64,000 nucleotides of DNA from Alphaproteobacteria bacterium (GTDB lineage: Bacteria; Pseudomonadota; Alphaproteobacteria; SP197): positions 1,024,001 to 1,088,000 of the forward strand of contig OZ245842.1 in NCBI GenBank assembly GCA_965228895.1, in the 5' to 3' direction. The first letter of the stretch is position 1, and each line of letters begins with the position of its first letter. A program made the translations under genes and the position numbers. The notes below the pieces were generated by a model. That model was not told the DNA's origin and did no database searches. It was given only the letters and a program-made list of their open reading frames with translations. Below are positions 10,342-19,319 of the stretch, piece after piece.

Positions 10342-11118
10342 ATGCTTGCCCGACGTGACGTTCTTAGCCAGGCGATCAGTGCGCCTCTTGCCACCGCCGG
10401 ACTGGCGGCGGTGCTTGCCGATCCCAAGCTTGCCCGCGCCGCTGCCGAATCGCTGGAGACTGTGACGATCGAGACGCCCGGTGGCAAGCAGGTCAACGCC
10501 GCCTTCGGCATGCCGGCCCAGACGCCGGCGCCTTCGATCCTGCTGATCCACGAATGGTGGGGTTTGAACGATCAGATTAAGGCCGTCGCCGCCGACCTGG
10601 TCGACCAGGGTTATAGCGCGCTGTCGGTCGACCTCTATGACGGCAAGGTCGCCGATAATCCCGACGACGCGCGCGCCCACATGAACGCGGTCGACGCGGC
10701 GGAGGCCAACGAGACGCTGGGCGCCTGGATCGACTGGTTGCGCGCGCGCGACGATACGACCGGCAAGATCGGCACCGTCGGCTGGTGCTTTGGCGGCGGC
10801 TGGTCGCTCAACGCCTCGATTGACCGGCCGATTGAGGCAACGGTCATCTATTACGGCAATGTCGCGAAGTCGGCGGCCGAGCTGGCGCCACTCTCCGGCC
10901 CCGTGATCGGCCATTTCGCGACCAAGGACCAATGGATCAACAAGGACATGGTCGATGGATTCGAAGGGGCGATGGCCGAGGCCGGCAAGTCGCTGACCGC
11001 TTACTGGTACGAGGCCGAGCACGCCTTCGCCAACCCGACACGCGCCAGCTACGACGAGGCCGACGCCGCGCTGGCCTGGCAGCGGACCATGGAGTTCTAC
11101 GCGGCCAATCTGGGCTAA
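10342..11118 (+). CDS. Dienelactone hydrolase family protein, probable Tat signal
   Basis: HEWWGLN, GWCFGGG, HAFANP; N-terminal ARRDVL; ATG 10342 after GAGG. Confidence 0.88.
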   Translation: MLARRDVLSQAISAPLATAGLAAVLADPKLARAAAESLETVTIETPGGKQVNAAFGMPAQTPAPSILLIHEWWGLNDQIKAVAADLVDQGYSALSVDLYDGKVADNPDDARAHMNAVDAAEANETLGAWIDWLRARDDTTGKIGTVGWCFGGGWSLNASIDRPIEATVIYYGNVAKSAAELAPLSGPVIGHFATKDQWINKDMVDGFEGAMAEAGKSLTAYWYEAEHAFANPTRASYDEADAALAWQRTMEFYAANLG

Positions 11119-11121
11119 CCG

Positions 11122-12465
11122 TCAGGTAATCTCGCTGGCGACATCGTCTGCCACGTCCTGGCCGGACTCGTGGGCGCCGGCGACCGTCGCCCACAGATCC
11201 CGGCTGCAGGCCTCGCCGGCAAAGAAGACGCGGTCGCCGACCGATTCGCGCAGAACCGAACGCATGGGCTGGGCGCCCGGTTCGGCCGAAGCGTAGGAGC
11301 CTTCGAACAGCGGGTCCTGGCCCCACGCGGTAACCGCGCTCTTGACCAGCGTGCGCTCGACATCGGAACCCAGCATTTCCTTCAGCTTGCCGACCGTGAA
11401 GTCGACGGCTGCTGCTTCGCCGTCTTGTTCAAGCTGTTCGGCGAACGAGCCGCCGACATCGCAATAGGCGACGCCCGAGCCGCTGGCATTGGTCAGCACA
11501 CCGAAAGCGCGCTTGTCGTCGCCGACCTGGAACAGGAGATAACCGTCGGGCCCCATGCCGAAAATGTCTTCGGAGAACTGCACGGCGATATGGTTATAGA
11601 GACCCATTGAGATGGCGGAGAACGATTCCTCCTTCTCCGGCGGCAGCGGGGGATCGAAAGCGATGTGACCGGCCGCCAGGACACCGGTCGAAACCGTGAC
11701 GATGACCGCCTTGGCGGTGATTGTGCCCTTGTTGGTTTCGACCTCGACTCCGGCACCGCCCCAGTTGATCCGGCTGACCGTGGTGTCGAGCGACACCGGC
11801 ACGTCCGCGCCATAGTGGGCGACCAGCGCGCCAAAACCCTGCTTGCAGTACCAGTCGGCGCCGTCGGCGCCGGTCCACCAGTCGGTCACCGAAAAGCCGT
11901 CGAGGTCCTTGGCCATGCTCCACGGCCCGATGCCAAAGGCGGCCGTGTTGGCCCATGCACCAGATTTCGGCGTGACGCTTGCCGCCGACACATCCAGGCC
12001 TTTCTGGGCGGCGTCGCCGATATCGTCATAGAAGCTGCTCCAGGTCTGCCAAAGACCTTCGGCTTCTGAATCGCTGGCCTCTGTATCGCCGATGAAGATG
12101 CGCCAGTTGTCGGGATCGGGGCTGATGTCGAAGCCGTTTTCCTGGGCGTAGCCGTTATAGAAATTGCGCGATCCGGTGTGCAGCCAGTGTGCGCCGTGGT
12201 CGTAGGGGACGCCGAAGGTTTCGGTCTCCGTATAGGCGCGACCGCCGATCCGGTTACCGGCTTCGACCAAGGCAACCGAAACACCACGTTCCATCAACGT
12301 GCGGGTGGCGGCCAAGCCGGCGGCGCCGGCGCCGATGACGACGACATCCGGATTGGTCGGTAAGTCTGCCCGCGCCGCGAACGGCAGCATGGCAGCGGCC
12401 GCAATGCCGGTTCCTAGAAAATGACGTCGGGTAATGTCAGATTTGCGAATGTGGGTTAGGGTCAT
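11122..12465 (-). CDS. Tat-exported flavin-containing amine oxidase family protein
   Basis: TRRHFL Tat motif; GAGAAGL, EA..RIGGR, D.GAHW, GSYAS, FFAGEA..TVAGAHESG. Confidence 0.88.
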   Translation of the reverse strand: MTLTHIRKSDITRRHFLGTGIAAAAMLPFAARADLPTNPDVVVIGAGAAGLAATRTLMERGVSVALVEAGNRIGGRAYTETETFGVPYDHGAHWLHTGSRNFYNGYAQENGFDISPDPDNWRIFIGDTEASDSEAEGLWQTWSSFYDDIGDAAQKGLDVSAASVTPKSGAWANTAAFGIGPWSMAKDLDGFSVTDWWTGADGADWYCKQGFGALVAHYGADVPVSLDTTVSRINWGGAGVEVETNKGTITAKAVIVTVSTGVLAAGHIAFDPPLPPEKEESFSAISMGLYNHIAVQFSEDIFGMGPDGYLLFQVGDDKRAFGVLTNASGSGVAYCDVGGSFAEQLEQDGEAAAVDFTVGKLKEMLGSDVERTLVKSAVTAWGQDPLFEGSYASAEPGAQPMRSVLRESVGDRVFFAGEACSRDLWATVAGAHESGQDVADDVASEIT

Positions 12466-12484
12466 GGCTACGTCCTCAAAAAAT

Positions 12485-12523
12485 TCTACGGCGTAGAGCT
12501 ACATGTTCCTCTACATGGTAGAG
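12485..12523. promoter_or_regulatory. Pair of TCTAC-N3-GTAGA palindromes, probable TetR operators
   Basis: TCTACGGCGTAGA (12485-12497) and CTCTACATGGTAGAG (12509-12523) between the divergent oxidase and tetR genes. Confidence 0.75.
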
Positions 12524-12546
12524 TGTGTCAATTGCTTTGAGAGCGA

Positions 12547-13185
12547 GTGTCGATGAGTCAACGCGGAACTCTGTCACGCCAGCGCATTGTCGATGCGGCT
12601 ATCGAGATGCTCGATCGTGACGGCGCGTCGCAGTTCAGCATGCGCAAGCTGGCCGGTGCGATGGGGGTCGATCCGATGGCGCTCTATCATCACGTACCGA
12701 ACCGCGCGGCCTTGATGAACAGCGTGATCGACACGGTCATCAGCGAATGCGAGCTGCCCGAGCCCAATGGCTCGTGGCAAAAGCAGGTGCGCGATATCTG
12801 TCGCGCCTTTCGCGCGCTGGCGCACCGCCACCCCGGCGTCATCCTGGTCTTCGCGACCTTCGAGGACTGGGTGCCCAGCGAGCACCGGCTGGGCGAGGCG
12901 ATGTACGCAGCGCTTCGCACCGGCGGGTTTTCGCCCAAGGCGACCGTGCGCTCGGCGCGCGTCCTGCTGGCCTATACGGAGAACTTCGCGTGCTGGGAAT
13001 TGACCGACTGGATCGCGCCCTTCAGCCCCGAAGAACGCACCAAGCTGATCGAGAGTCTCTCCGAGGGCGACTTTCCCCTGACCACCGAACTGGTCGACCA
13101 GATCGCCGATGTCGACCCCGACGCCGAGTTCGCCTTTGGCCTCGACGTTGTCATCCGCGGCCTGGAGGCAGAGGCCGGCGGTTAG
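12547..13185 (+). CDS. TetR family regulator with TetR_C domain
   Basis: LSRQRIVDAA..FSMRKLA..GVDPMALYHHV HTH; C-terminal EFAFGLDVVIRGL. Confidence 0.92.
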   Translation: MSMSQRGTLSRQRIVDAAIEMLDRDGASQFSMRKLAGAMGVDPMALYHHVPNRAALMNSVIDTVISECELPEPNGSWQKQVRDICRAFRALAHRHPGVILVFATFEDWVPSEHRLGEAMYAALRTGGFSPKATVRSARVLLAYTENFACWELTDWIAPFSPEERTKLIESLSEGDFPLTTELVDQIADVDPDAEFAFGLDVVIRGLEAEAGG

Positions 13186-13243
13186 AGCAGATCCCGTTTC
13201 GAAGGGACCGCTTCGCGATTCCATCCAGTCAAAATCCGCTCTC
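13183..13243. repeat. TAGAGC-type palindromic repeat (family A, degenerate copy)
   Basis: TAGAGCAGAT...AATCCGCTCT; its reverse complement shares AGAGCGGATT..GATGGAATCGCGA..CGGTCC..GCTCTA with the 19998 copy. Confidence 0.65.
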
Positions 13244-13365
13244 GGGCTGACGCCGATTCACTGTCGAATTCGTTGGTTATGGGGTCGGATAAGCCCACCC
13301 TTAAGGACACGTATGCCGTGCAATTACCATAAGAAATGCGCACATTTGCCGCTTTCTTTGTGATA

Positions 13366-13380
13366 GAACAGGAGGTGAAT
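13366..13380 (+). promoter_or_regulatory. Alphaproteobacterial LexA-box-like site (GAAC-N7-GAAT)
   Basis: AGAACAGGAGGTGAATA: one mismatch to the GAAC-N7-GAAC SOS box, ending 20 nt before the ATG at 13401 and overlapping a TG-n-TAGAAC extended -10-like hexamer. Confidence 0.5.
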
Positions 13381-13400
13381 AAACACAAGGAGACGACATC

Positions 13401-14663
13401 ATGGCGCGTATCCCACGGATCCCCCAGCGCTCAGACATTGAGAACCTGGATCTGAGAAAACGTCCCTCACCGATGGGGCGCAAGGAAGAATTGCACGAGC
13501 GCATGGCGCGTGAACTCACCAACCTCAAACGCGACCGGCGCTTCTGGGAGGGCGACAAGGCGTACCAGCGATATGTCCAACGCCAGTTCGAACGCGTCTA
13601 TAACGACCCCTCTGGCCAACCCCAACCGCTCCGCATCGGCCCGCCGAAGATATTCGCAACGGATATTGAGCCGTTTGTTCGTCACGAAAACAAACAAACT
13701 TCGCATTCATCTGTTGCAAGCAAACATAGCTTAAAACAACGAGGAATGGCGAACGCAGCTGGAACAGGTCGACATCCTCGTCAAAATGTCGAAACAAGCG
13801 AAACAACGCCGGAGATCAGCGGCCAATCCACCGATCCGACAGCGTCTGAATCGCCGAAAGCGAAAGATCGCATGTTTCGTCGCAGCGGCACGAGATCAAC
13901 AGATAGTATGTGGGACAAGTTTATTGGTTTGGTGGACGTCTACTTCACCGATCGCGATGACCCTGTAGAAAGCGGTCAAGCCAAAGCGCAGGAGACATTG
14001 AAGCAGTTTCGGCAATTGAATTGGCCGACCGCCGAGATGCTACTTAACCATTTTCTTTCAGGTTCAGGGGAGGACGTCACAGTCCCCGCCGAGTTTGTCA
14101 AGGATTACAGGTCGCTCGACGAAGGATACGAAGGGGTTCTCGAAAACTTCTCCAGGTGGTTCGTGGGAGATATAGCAGACTCAAACTTCGGTGCCGCTGT
14201 GTTACCCATGCGAGAAGGTGCACAGATCACACTTGGCATTCAACACGGCAGGCGTAACGTGTCATTGGATGATCTCGTAATGTGGGAATCCGCGTTTCCT
14301 GGAGCAGGCGAGACCCTCAATCCAATCGATAAACTCGCATTAGATGACGAAGTACACGCTTCGATCGGCGGCGGCACGTTGCAAGGCTATGCAACTAGCC
14401 TCACCCTCGTTCGCGTGGGCAACACCGTGCGAATCACGGGTGTCATGCAGTTCCGAGTTGAAGATGAGTATGTCTTCGACCCTGGCCATTGGCTGGATTT
14501 CGATCAGCTCCAAGACGCTGGACTTGCAAAAGCCTTTTGGGTGCGGAGTGAACCATGGACGAGGGAGGTGGAGGGTGTGATCGTCCTGAGGGACGGTGAA
14601 CCAGTGAGCTCTAAGATTTGGGTCACTGATGACACTGGTCTAACTGGCAAGTTTCCAGACTGA
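13401..14663 (+). CDS. Hypothetical protein; candidate polymorphic toxin with colicin-M-like C-terminal motifs
   Basis: 420-aa ORF with AAGGAG RBS; visibly AT-richer after about 13680; HFLSGSG...IG..TL...G....EDEYVFDPGH...GLAKAF pattern. The CDS is solid; the function is inferred. Confidence 0.6.
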   Translation: MARIPRIPQRSDIENLDLRKRPSPMGRKEELHERMARELTNLKRDRRFWEGDKAYQRYVQRQFERVYNDPSGQPQPLRIGPPKIFATDIEPFVRHENKQTSHSSVASKHSLKQRGMANAAGTGRHPRQNVETSETTPEISGQSTDPTASESPKAKDRMFRRSGTRSTDSMWDKFIGLVDVYFTDRDDPVESGQAKAQETLKQFRQLNWPTAEMLLNHFLSGSGEDVTVPAEFVKDYRSLDEGYEGVLENFSRWFVGDIADSNFGAAVLPMREGAQITLGIQHGRRNVSLDDLVMWESAFPGAGETLNPIDKLALDDEVHASIGGGTLQGYATSLTLVRVGNTVRITGVMQFRVEDEYVFDPGHWLDFDQLQDAGLAKAFWVRSEPWTREVEGVIVLRDGEPVSSKIWVTDDTGLTGKFPD

Positions 14664-14699
14664 CCCCCTTTCCTATGACAAAGACATTGGACCCTGCCG

Positions 14700-15215
14700 T
14701 TGACGAAACTACCGTCATTCAGTTGGTCGGCTCTGGCTCTTAGTTGTGTGCTCGTGCTGTTTGTTTGGTTTCTGCACGGCATGATCGAGTTTCGATGGGG
14801 TTGGATCAGGCTCGACCCGATGTGCCACCCGGTCCACTACCAAAGCAGACCACTCGTGATTGATGATCTGTACACCCCGGGTGCCGCGAAAGGACTGCAT
14901 GATGTCATCGCGTCTGAGTATAGCGTGGATGCTGTTATGATCGACGACAGTGGTGCGGTCTTCATCAGACCAGCGATCTACCATGCGGAGTTCGGTGAAC
15001 TCGCGCGGTTTCCACAGTTGGTCGTGCGTCCCGAAGATCGTCTTTATCTGTACCAATCGCGCAGAATAGACTGCGACGAGCTACAGAAGCTTGTCAGATC
15101 CGAAGTCGACTTGGCTGCAGCGCACAGGCTTCGCTACACCTATTCATTCTATCTGTTTGTGCTGCAGCCGGATCGCAGCACGCTGGGGCGATGGGCCAAC
15201 GCCTATCGAAACTAG
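14700..15215 (+). CDS. Hypothetical N-terminally membrane-anchored protein; candidate immunity protein
   Basis: 171-aa ORF 36 nt after the preceding stop, with one N-terminal hydrophobic helix (WSALALSCVLVLFVWFL) and the same atypical composition. Confidence 0.55.
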   Translation: MTKLPSFSWSALALSCVLVLFVWFLHGMIEFRWGWIRLDPMCHPVHYQSRPLVIDDLYTPGAAKGLHDVIASEYSVDAVMIDDSGAVFIRPAIYHAEFGELARFPQLVVRPEDRLYLYQSRRIDCDELQKLVRSEVDLAAAHRLRYTYSFYLFVLQPDRSTLGRWANAYRN

Positions 15216-15310
15216 GCTAAACGGCGTGACGGTCTATCTGGTTGACCGACAGCCAGACGAGGTGACGCCCAGATACCGGGCCAGGCAGGACAGATACTAA
15301 GGATCAGTCC

Positions 15311-17185
15311 CTAAGCCGCCCGCCCGCGCCCGCTCGCGCGCCGCATGCCAGCGGGTTCTTCGTCGAAGAGCGCGGCGAGTTCGTTCAGCATGGTGCCGCC
15401 CAACTGTTCGACGTCGACGAGCGTGACGGCGCGGCGGTAGTAGCGGGTGACGTCGTGGCCGATGCCGATGGCGATCAGTTCGACCGGCGACATCACCTCG
15501 ATCCAGTTGATGACGTCGCGCAGGTGGCGCTCCAGATAGTTGCCCGCGTTCACCGAGAGCGTGGAGTCGTCGACCGGCGCGCCGTCGGAAATCACCATCA
15601 GGATGCGCCGCTGCTCGGGCCGGGTGACCAGACGCTCGTGCGCCCACAGCAACGCTTCGCCGTCGATGTTTTCTTTCAACAGACCCTCGCGCAACATCAG
15701 GCCGAGGCTCTTGCGCGCGCGCCGCCACGGCGCGTCGGCGGCCTTGTAGACGATATGGCGGAGGTCGTTGAGGCGGCCGGGATTGGCGAGCTTGCCGTCC
15801 GACAGCCACTTCTCGCGGCTTCTGCCGCCCTTCCAGGTGCGTGTCGTGAAGCCGAGGATCTCGACCTTCACGCCGCAGCGCTCGAGCGTCTGGGCCAGGA
15901 TATCGGCGCTCATGGCGGCGATGCCGATCGGGCGGCCGCGCATGGAGCCGGAGTTGTCGATCAGGAGCGTGACGACGGTGTCGCGGAACTCGGTCTCGTG
16001 CTCGACCTTGAAGCTCAACGGCATCAGCGGATCGACCACGATGCGGGTGAGCCGCGCCGTATCCAGCAGGCCTTCTTCCAGGTCGAACTCCCAGGACCGG
16101 TTCTGCTGGGCCATCAGCTTGCGCTGCAGCCGGTTGGCGAGGCGCGAGGTGACGCCGCGCAAATGCTGGATCTGCTGGTCGAGCTGGCCGCGCAGGCGCG
16201 ACAGTTCCTCGGGATCGCACAGCTCGTCGGCGCCGACGACCTCGTCGAACTCGTTGGTATAGGCGTGATAGTAGGGCTCGCGGCGGTTGCCGAAGGTGCC
16301 GTCGGGCCGTCGCATGCGCCCGGACGGATCGGTGTCGTCAGAGCCCGCCGGCATCATGTCTTCGTCGTCGGCGTCGGCGGACTCGGCGGCCATCGAGTCA
16401 TCCTCGGCCATCTGATCGTCCATACCGTCGGCCTCGGCCTGATCGTCGGCGCCGGACTCGCTGCTTTCGCCTTCGGCCTCGCCCTCGGCCTGATCGGGAT
16501 CGCTGTTTTCGTCCTGGGACTGGCTGTCCGATTGTTCGGACGCCTGATCGGTTTCTTCGTCGGCCAGATCCAGGTGTTTGATCAGACCGCGAAGCACGTC
16601 GGCGAAGTGATCCTGGTTGCGGCACGATCGCGCGAGTTCATCGAGCTCGGCACCGACCTTGTGCTCGACCCATTTGCGCGACATGTCGACGGCCTTGGCG
16701 GCGGACGGCGGCGGTTTTTCGCCGGTCATGCGCTCGCGCACCATCAAGCCGATGATATCCGACAGCGCGGCTTCTTCCTGGCTTTCAATCTGGTGCATGC
16801 CCTTGGCGCGGCAACGGTCCTCAATGACGACCGACAGGTTCTCGCGCACGCCCTTCATGCGCCGCGCGCCCAGGCTTTCGCAGCGCGCCTGTTCAACGGC
16901 GTCATAGATCGCGCGGCCGATTTCGCCGCTCGGCTGACGGCGGGCATGGGTTGCCGGGTCGTGATGACGCAGCTTGAGCGCCAGCGCATCGGACTCGCCG
17001 CGTGAACGCGACACCGCCGCCTCGTCCAGATCACGCGGCGGCTGGGTCAACTGCGCGCTGTGACCGGCGGCCGAGGGGTCCTGGACGCCGAAGCTGACCT
17101 CAAGCTCGGCGTCGCGCGAAATCGCGCGCATGGTGCCGACCAGCACCCGCTTGAACGGTTCGACGCTGTTATCGTCGCGTGACAC
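15311..17185 (-). CDS. cobT: Cobaltochelatase subunit CobT
   Basis: Acidic linker, [24 protein letters not shown], v[31 protein letters not shown]. Confidence 0.95.
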   Translation of the reverse strand: MSRDDNSVEPFKRVLVGTMRAISRDAELEVSFGVQDPSAAGHSAQLTQPPRDLDEAAVSRSRGESDALALKLRHHDPATHARRQPSGEIGRAIYDAVEQARCESLGARRMKGVRENLSVVIEDRCRAKGMHQIESQEEAALSDIIGLMVRERMTGEKPPPSAAKAVDMSRKWVEHKVGAELDELARSCRNQDHFADVLRGLIKHLDLADEETDQASEQSDSQSQDENSDPDQAEGEAEGESSESGADDQAEADGMDDQMAEDDSMAAESADADDEDMMPAGSDDTDPSGRMRRPDGTFGNRREPYYHAYTNEFDEVVGADELCDPEELSRLRGQLDQQIQHLRGVTSRLANRLQRKLMAQQNRSWEFDLEEGLLDTARLTRIVVDPLMPLSFKVEHETEFRDTVVTLLIDNSGSMRGRPIGIAAMSADILAQTLERCGVKVEILGFTTRTWKGGRSREKWLSDGKLANPGRLNDLRHIVYKAADAPWRRARKSLGLMLREGLLKENIDGEALLWAHERLVTRPEQRRILMVISDGAPVDDSTLSVNAGNYLERHLRDVINWIEVMSPVELIAIGIGHDVTRYYRRAVTLVDVEQLGGTMLNELAALFDEEPAGMRRASGRGRAA

Positions 17186-17196
17186 CAGTCGTTACC

Positions 17197-18192
17197 TCAC
17201 GCGCGTTGCGCGACCACCGATTCCGGCAATTCCTTACCGAAGCAGCGCTGGTAGAACTCCGCGATTTGCGGGCGCTCCGTTTCGTCGCACTTGTTGAGGA
17301 ACGTGACGCGGAAGGCGAAGCCCAGATCGTTGAAGATCTCGGCGTTCTCGGCCCAGGTGATCACGGTGCGCGGCGACATGACGGTTGAGATGTCGCCGGC
17401 CATGAAGGCGCCGCGGGTCAAATCGGCGACCGCGACCATGGCCTTGATCTGCTCCTGGCCTTCCTTGCCTTCGAGACCTGGCATCTTGGACAGCACGATC
17501 TTCTCTTCTTCCTCGTGCGCCAGATAGTTCAGCGTCGCGACCAGGCTCCAGCGGTCCATCTGGCCCTGGTTGATCTGCTGGGTGCCGTGATAGAGGCCGG
17601 TCGTGTCGCCCAGGCCGACCGTGTTGGCGGTCGAGAACAGGCGGAACGCCGGATGCGGATGAATGACCTTGTTCTGGTCAAGCAGGGTCAGCTTGCCGGA
17701 GACTTCCAACACGCGCTGGATGACGAACATGACGTCCGGTCGGCCGGCATCGTACTCGTCGAAGACAAGCGCGACGGGGTGCTGGATCGCCCAAGGCAGG
17801 ATGCCCTCGCGATACTCGGTCACCTGTTTGCCGTCGCGCAGCACGATGGCGTCCTTGCCGACCAGATCGATACGGCTGATATGGCTGTCAAGATTGACGC
17901 GCACGCACGGCCAGTTCAGGCGCGATGCCACCTGCTCGATATGAGTCGATTTGCCGGTGCCGTGATAACCCTGGATCATCACGCGGCGGTTATGGGCAAA
18001 ACCGGCCAGGATCGCGAGCGTTGTCTCCGGATCGAAGACGTAGCTTTCGTCAACCGGCGGCACGTGATCGGTCGGTTCCGAATAGGCGGGAACCTGCATT
18101 TCCGAGTCGATACCGAACAGTTGAGGGACCGACACCATGATGTCCGGCTCTCCGGCCGGCAGCAGCCCTGAATCGGTGGTCTCAATCGCCAT
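17197..18192 (-). CDS. cobS: Cobaltochelatase subunit CobS (AAA+)
   Basis: [41 protein letters not shown]. Confidence 0.96.
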   Translation of the reverse strand: MAIETTDSGLLPAGEPDIMVSVPQLFGIDSEMQVPAYSEPTDHVPPVDESYVFDPETTLAILAGFAHNRRVMIQGYHGTGKSTHIEQVASRLNWPCVRVNLDSHISRIDLVGKDAIVLRDGKQVTEYREGILPWAIQHPVALVFDEYDAGRPDVMFVIQRVLEVSGKLTLLDQNKVIHPHPAFRLFSTANTVGLGDTTGLYHGTQQINQGQMDRWSLVATLNYLAHEEEEKIVLSKMPGLEGKEGQEQIKAMVAVADLTRGAFMAGDISTVMSPRTVITWAENAEIFNDLGFAFRVTFLNKCDETERPQIAEFYQRCFGKELPESVVAQRA

Positions 18193-18363
18193 GGTCTAAC
18201 TTTCACTCGTTGCAAACGGGATGGGGCCAGGCGGCCATCGATCTCAATCGACTTGATCCCTATCGATCGGATCAGCGGCACAGGCCGAAAACGACGACAC
18301 TCTGGGCAGAATCGGGCGGGAACATTGGCATAACGACCCCTTAGGGTACAAGTCGCGAAGCCG

Positions 18364-18963
18364 TCATATCTCCTGTTTCTTTTCGCTCAACAGGCGATAG
18401 GCCCAAATCACCAGTCGAAGGCGCTCCTCGGCCTCCTTGTCGCCGCCATTGGCGTCGGGATGGTGAATTTTCACTTCTTCCTTGAACCGGTGTTTTATGT
18501 GTTCCTCGGAAGCACCCGGTTCAACCTTCAAAATGATCTCGGCCTTGCGTTCGTCGGGCAGGGAATTGGCCCGTTCCTCGTCACTGCGCGCGCTGTCGCC
18601 GCCGGCCTCGTCGCCATCGACGAAATTGAAGGGGTCGTCGATGCGCTCGTTCAAAATGGCCTCGCGCCATGCGCGCGTAAAGGCCTCGCGGTCGGCCGGA
18701 CGCCAGGTTCTGCGGTGCCAGTAGAGGTCGGCGCGCTGATAGGCCTCGATCTCGTCGCGCGACCAGCCCTCGAAATAGTTCCACGCCTTGTTGAACTGGC
18801 GGATGTGTTCCAGGCAGAAGTACTGGTACTGCCGCAGATTGTCTCGAGACAATGGCGCCTTGAACTCGCCGGCCTCGACGCATCCGGCCCAGCTGCAACG
18901 CGTCGTGTCCGTGTCGACGGGCGCTACCGAGTTGACGTCAATCTGAGGTTTGGCCTGGCTCAT
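18364..18963 (-). CDS. DnaJ-domain protein
   Basis: C..GC..GEFKAP...FCLEHIRQFN..WNYF N-terminus and C-terminal HHPDANGGD; usual position next to cobS and bolA. Confidence 0.88.
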   Translation of the reverse strand: MSQAKPQIDVNSVAPVDTDTTRCSWAGCVEAGEFKAPLSRDNLRQYQYFCLEHIRQFNKAWNYFEGWSRDEIEAYQRADLYWHRRTWRPADREAFTRAWREAILNERIDDPFNFVDGDEAGGDSARSDEERANSLPDERKAEIILKVEPGASEEHIKHRFKEEVKIHHPDANGGDKEAEERLRLVIWAYRLLSEKKQEI

Positions 18964-19031
18964 GGGCGAAGTATGGTGGCGCGTATCAGGCCTGACAAGG
19001 CACACGGGCGATAGAGAACGTGGAGAATGCC

Positions 19032-19307
19032 ATGCGCGTCGCGCAAGCCATCGAACAAAAACTGGAAGCGGCGCTGAAGCCCCAACAACTTGATATTGTT
19101 GATGAATCCCATCTCCACGCCGGTCATGCGGGTGCCCGGCCAGAGGGCGAGAGCCATTTTCGCGTGACAGTGGTCGCCGAACAATTTCGTGGTCTCGGCC
19201 GTGTCCAGCGCCAGAGGCTGGTTTACCAGGCGCTGGCCGACGAAATGGCCAGCGACATTCATGCGTTAGCCCTTGTCACGCAGACGCCCGAAGAGGCGGC
19301 GGGCTAG
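19032..19307 (+). CDS. bolA: BolA family protein
   Basis: DESHLHAGH..GESHF..F.G..RVQRQRLVY..L..IHAL. Confidence 0.93.
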   Translation: MRVAQAIEQKLEAALKPQQLDIVDESHLHAGHAGARPEGESHFRVTVVAEQFRGLGRVQRQRLVYQALADEMASDIHALALVTQTPEEAAG

Positions 19308-19319
19308 TACCAAGCCGCT

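Noticed and set aside
18193-18363. Cobalamin riboswitch upstream of cobS (also checked upstream of the mutase)
   Set aside because: No B12-box or conserved core recognised by eye; an Infernal scan would be decisive.
15311-19307. cobST without cobN, next to dnaJ and bolA, as a novel AAA+/vWA system
   Set aside because: This is a common alphaproteobacterial arrangement; cobN is usually elsewhere.
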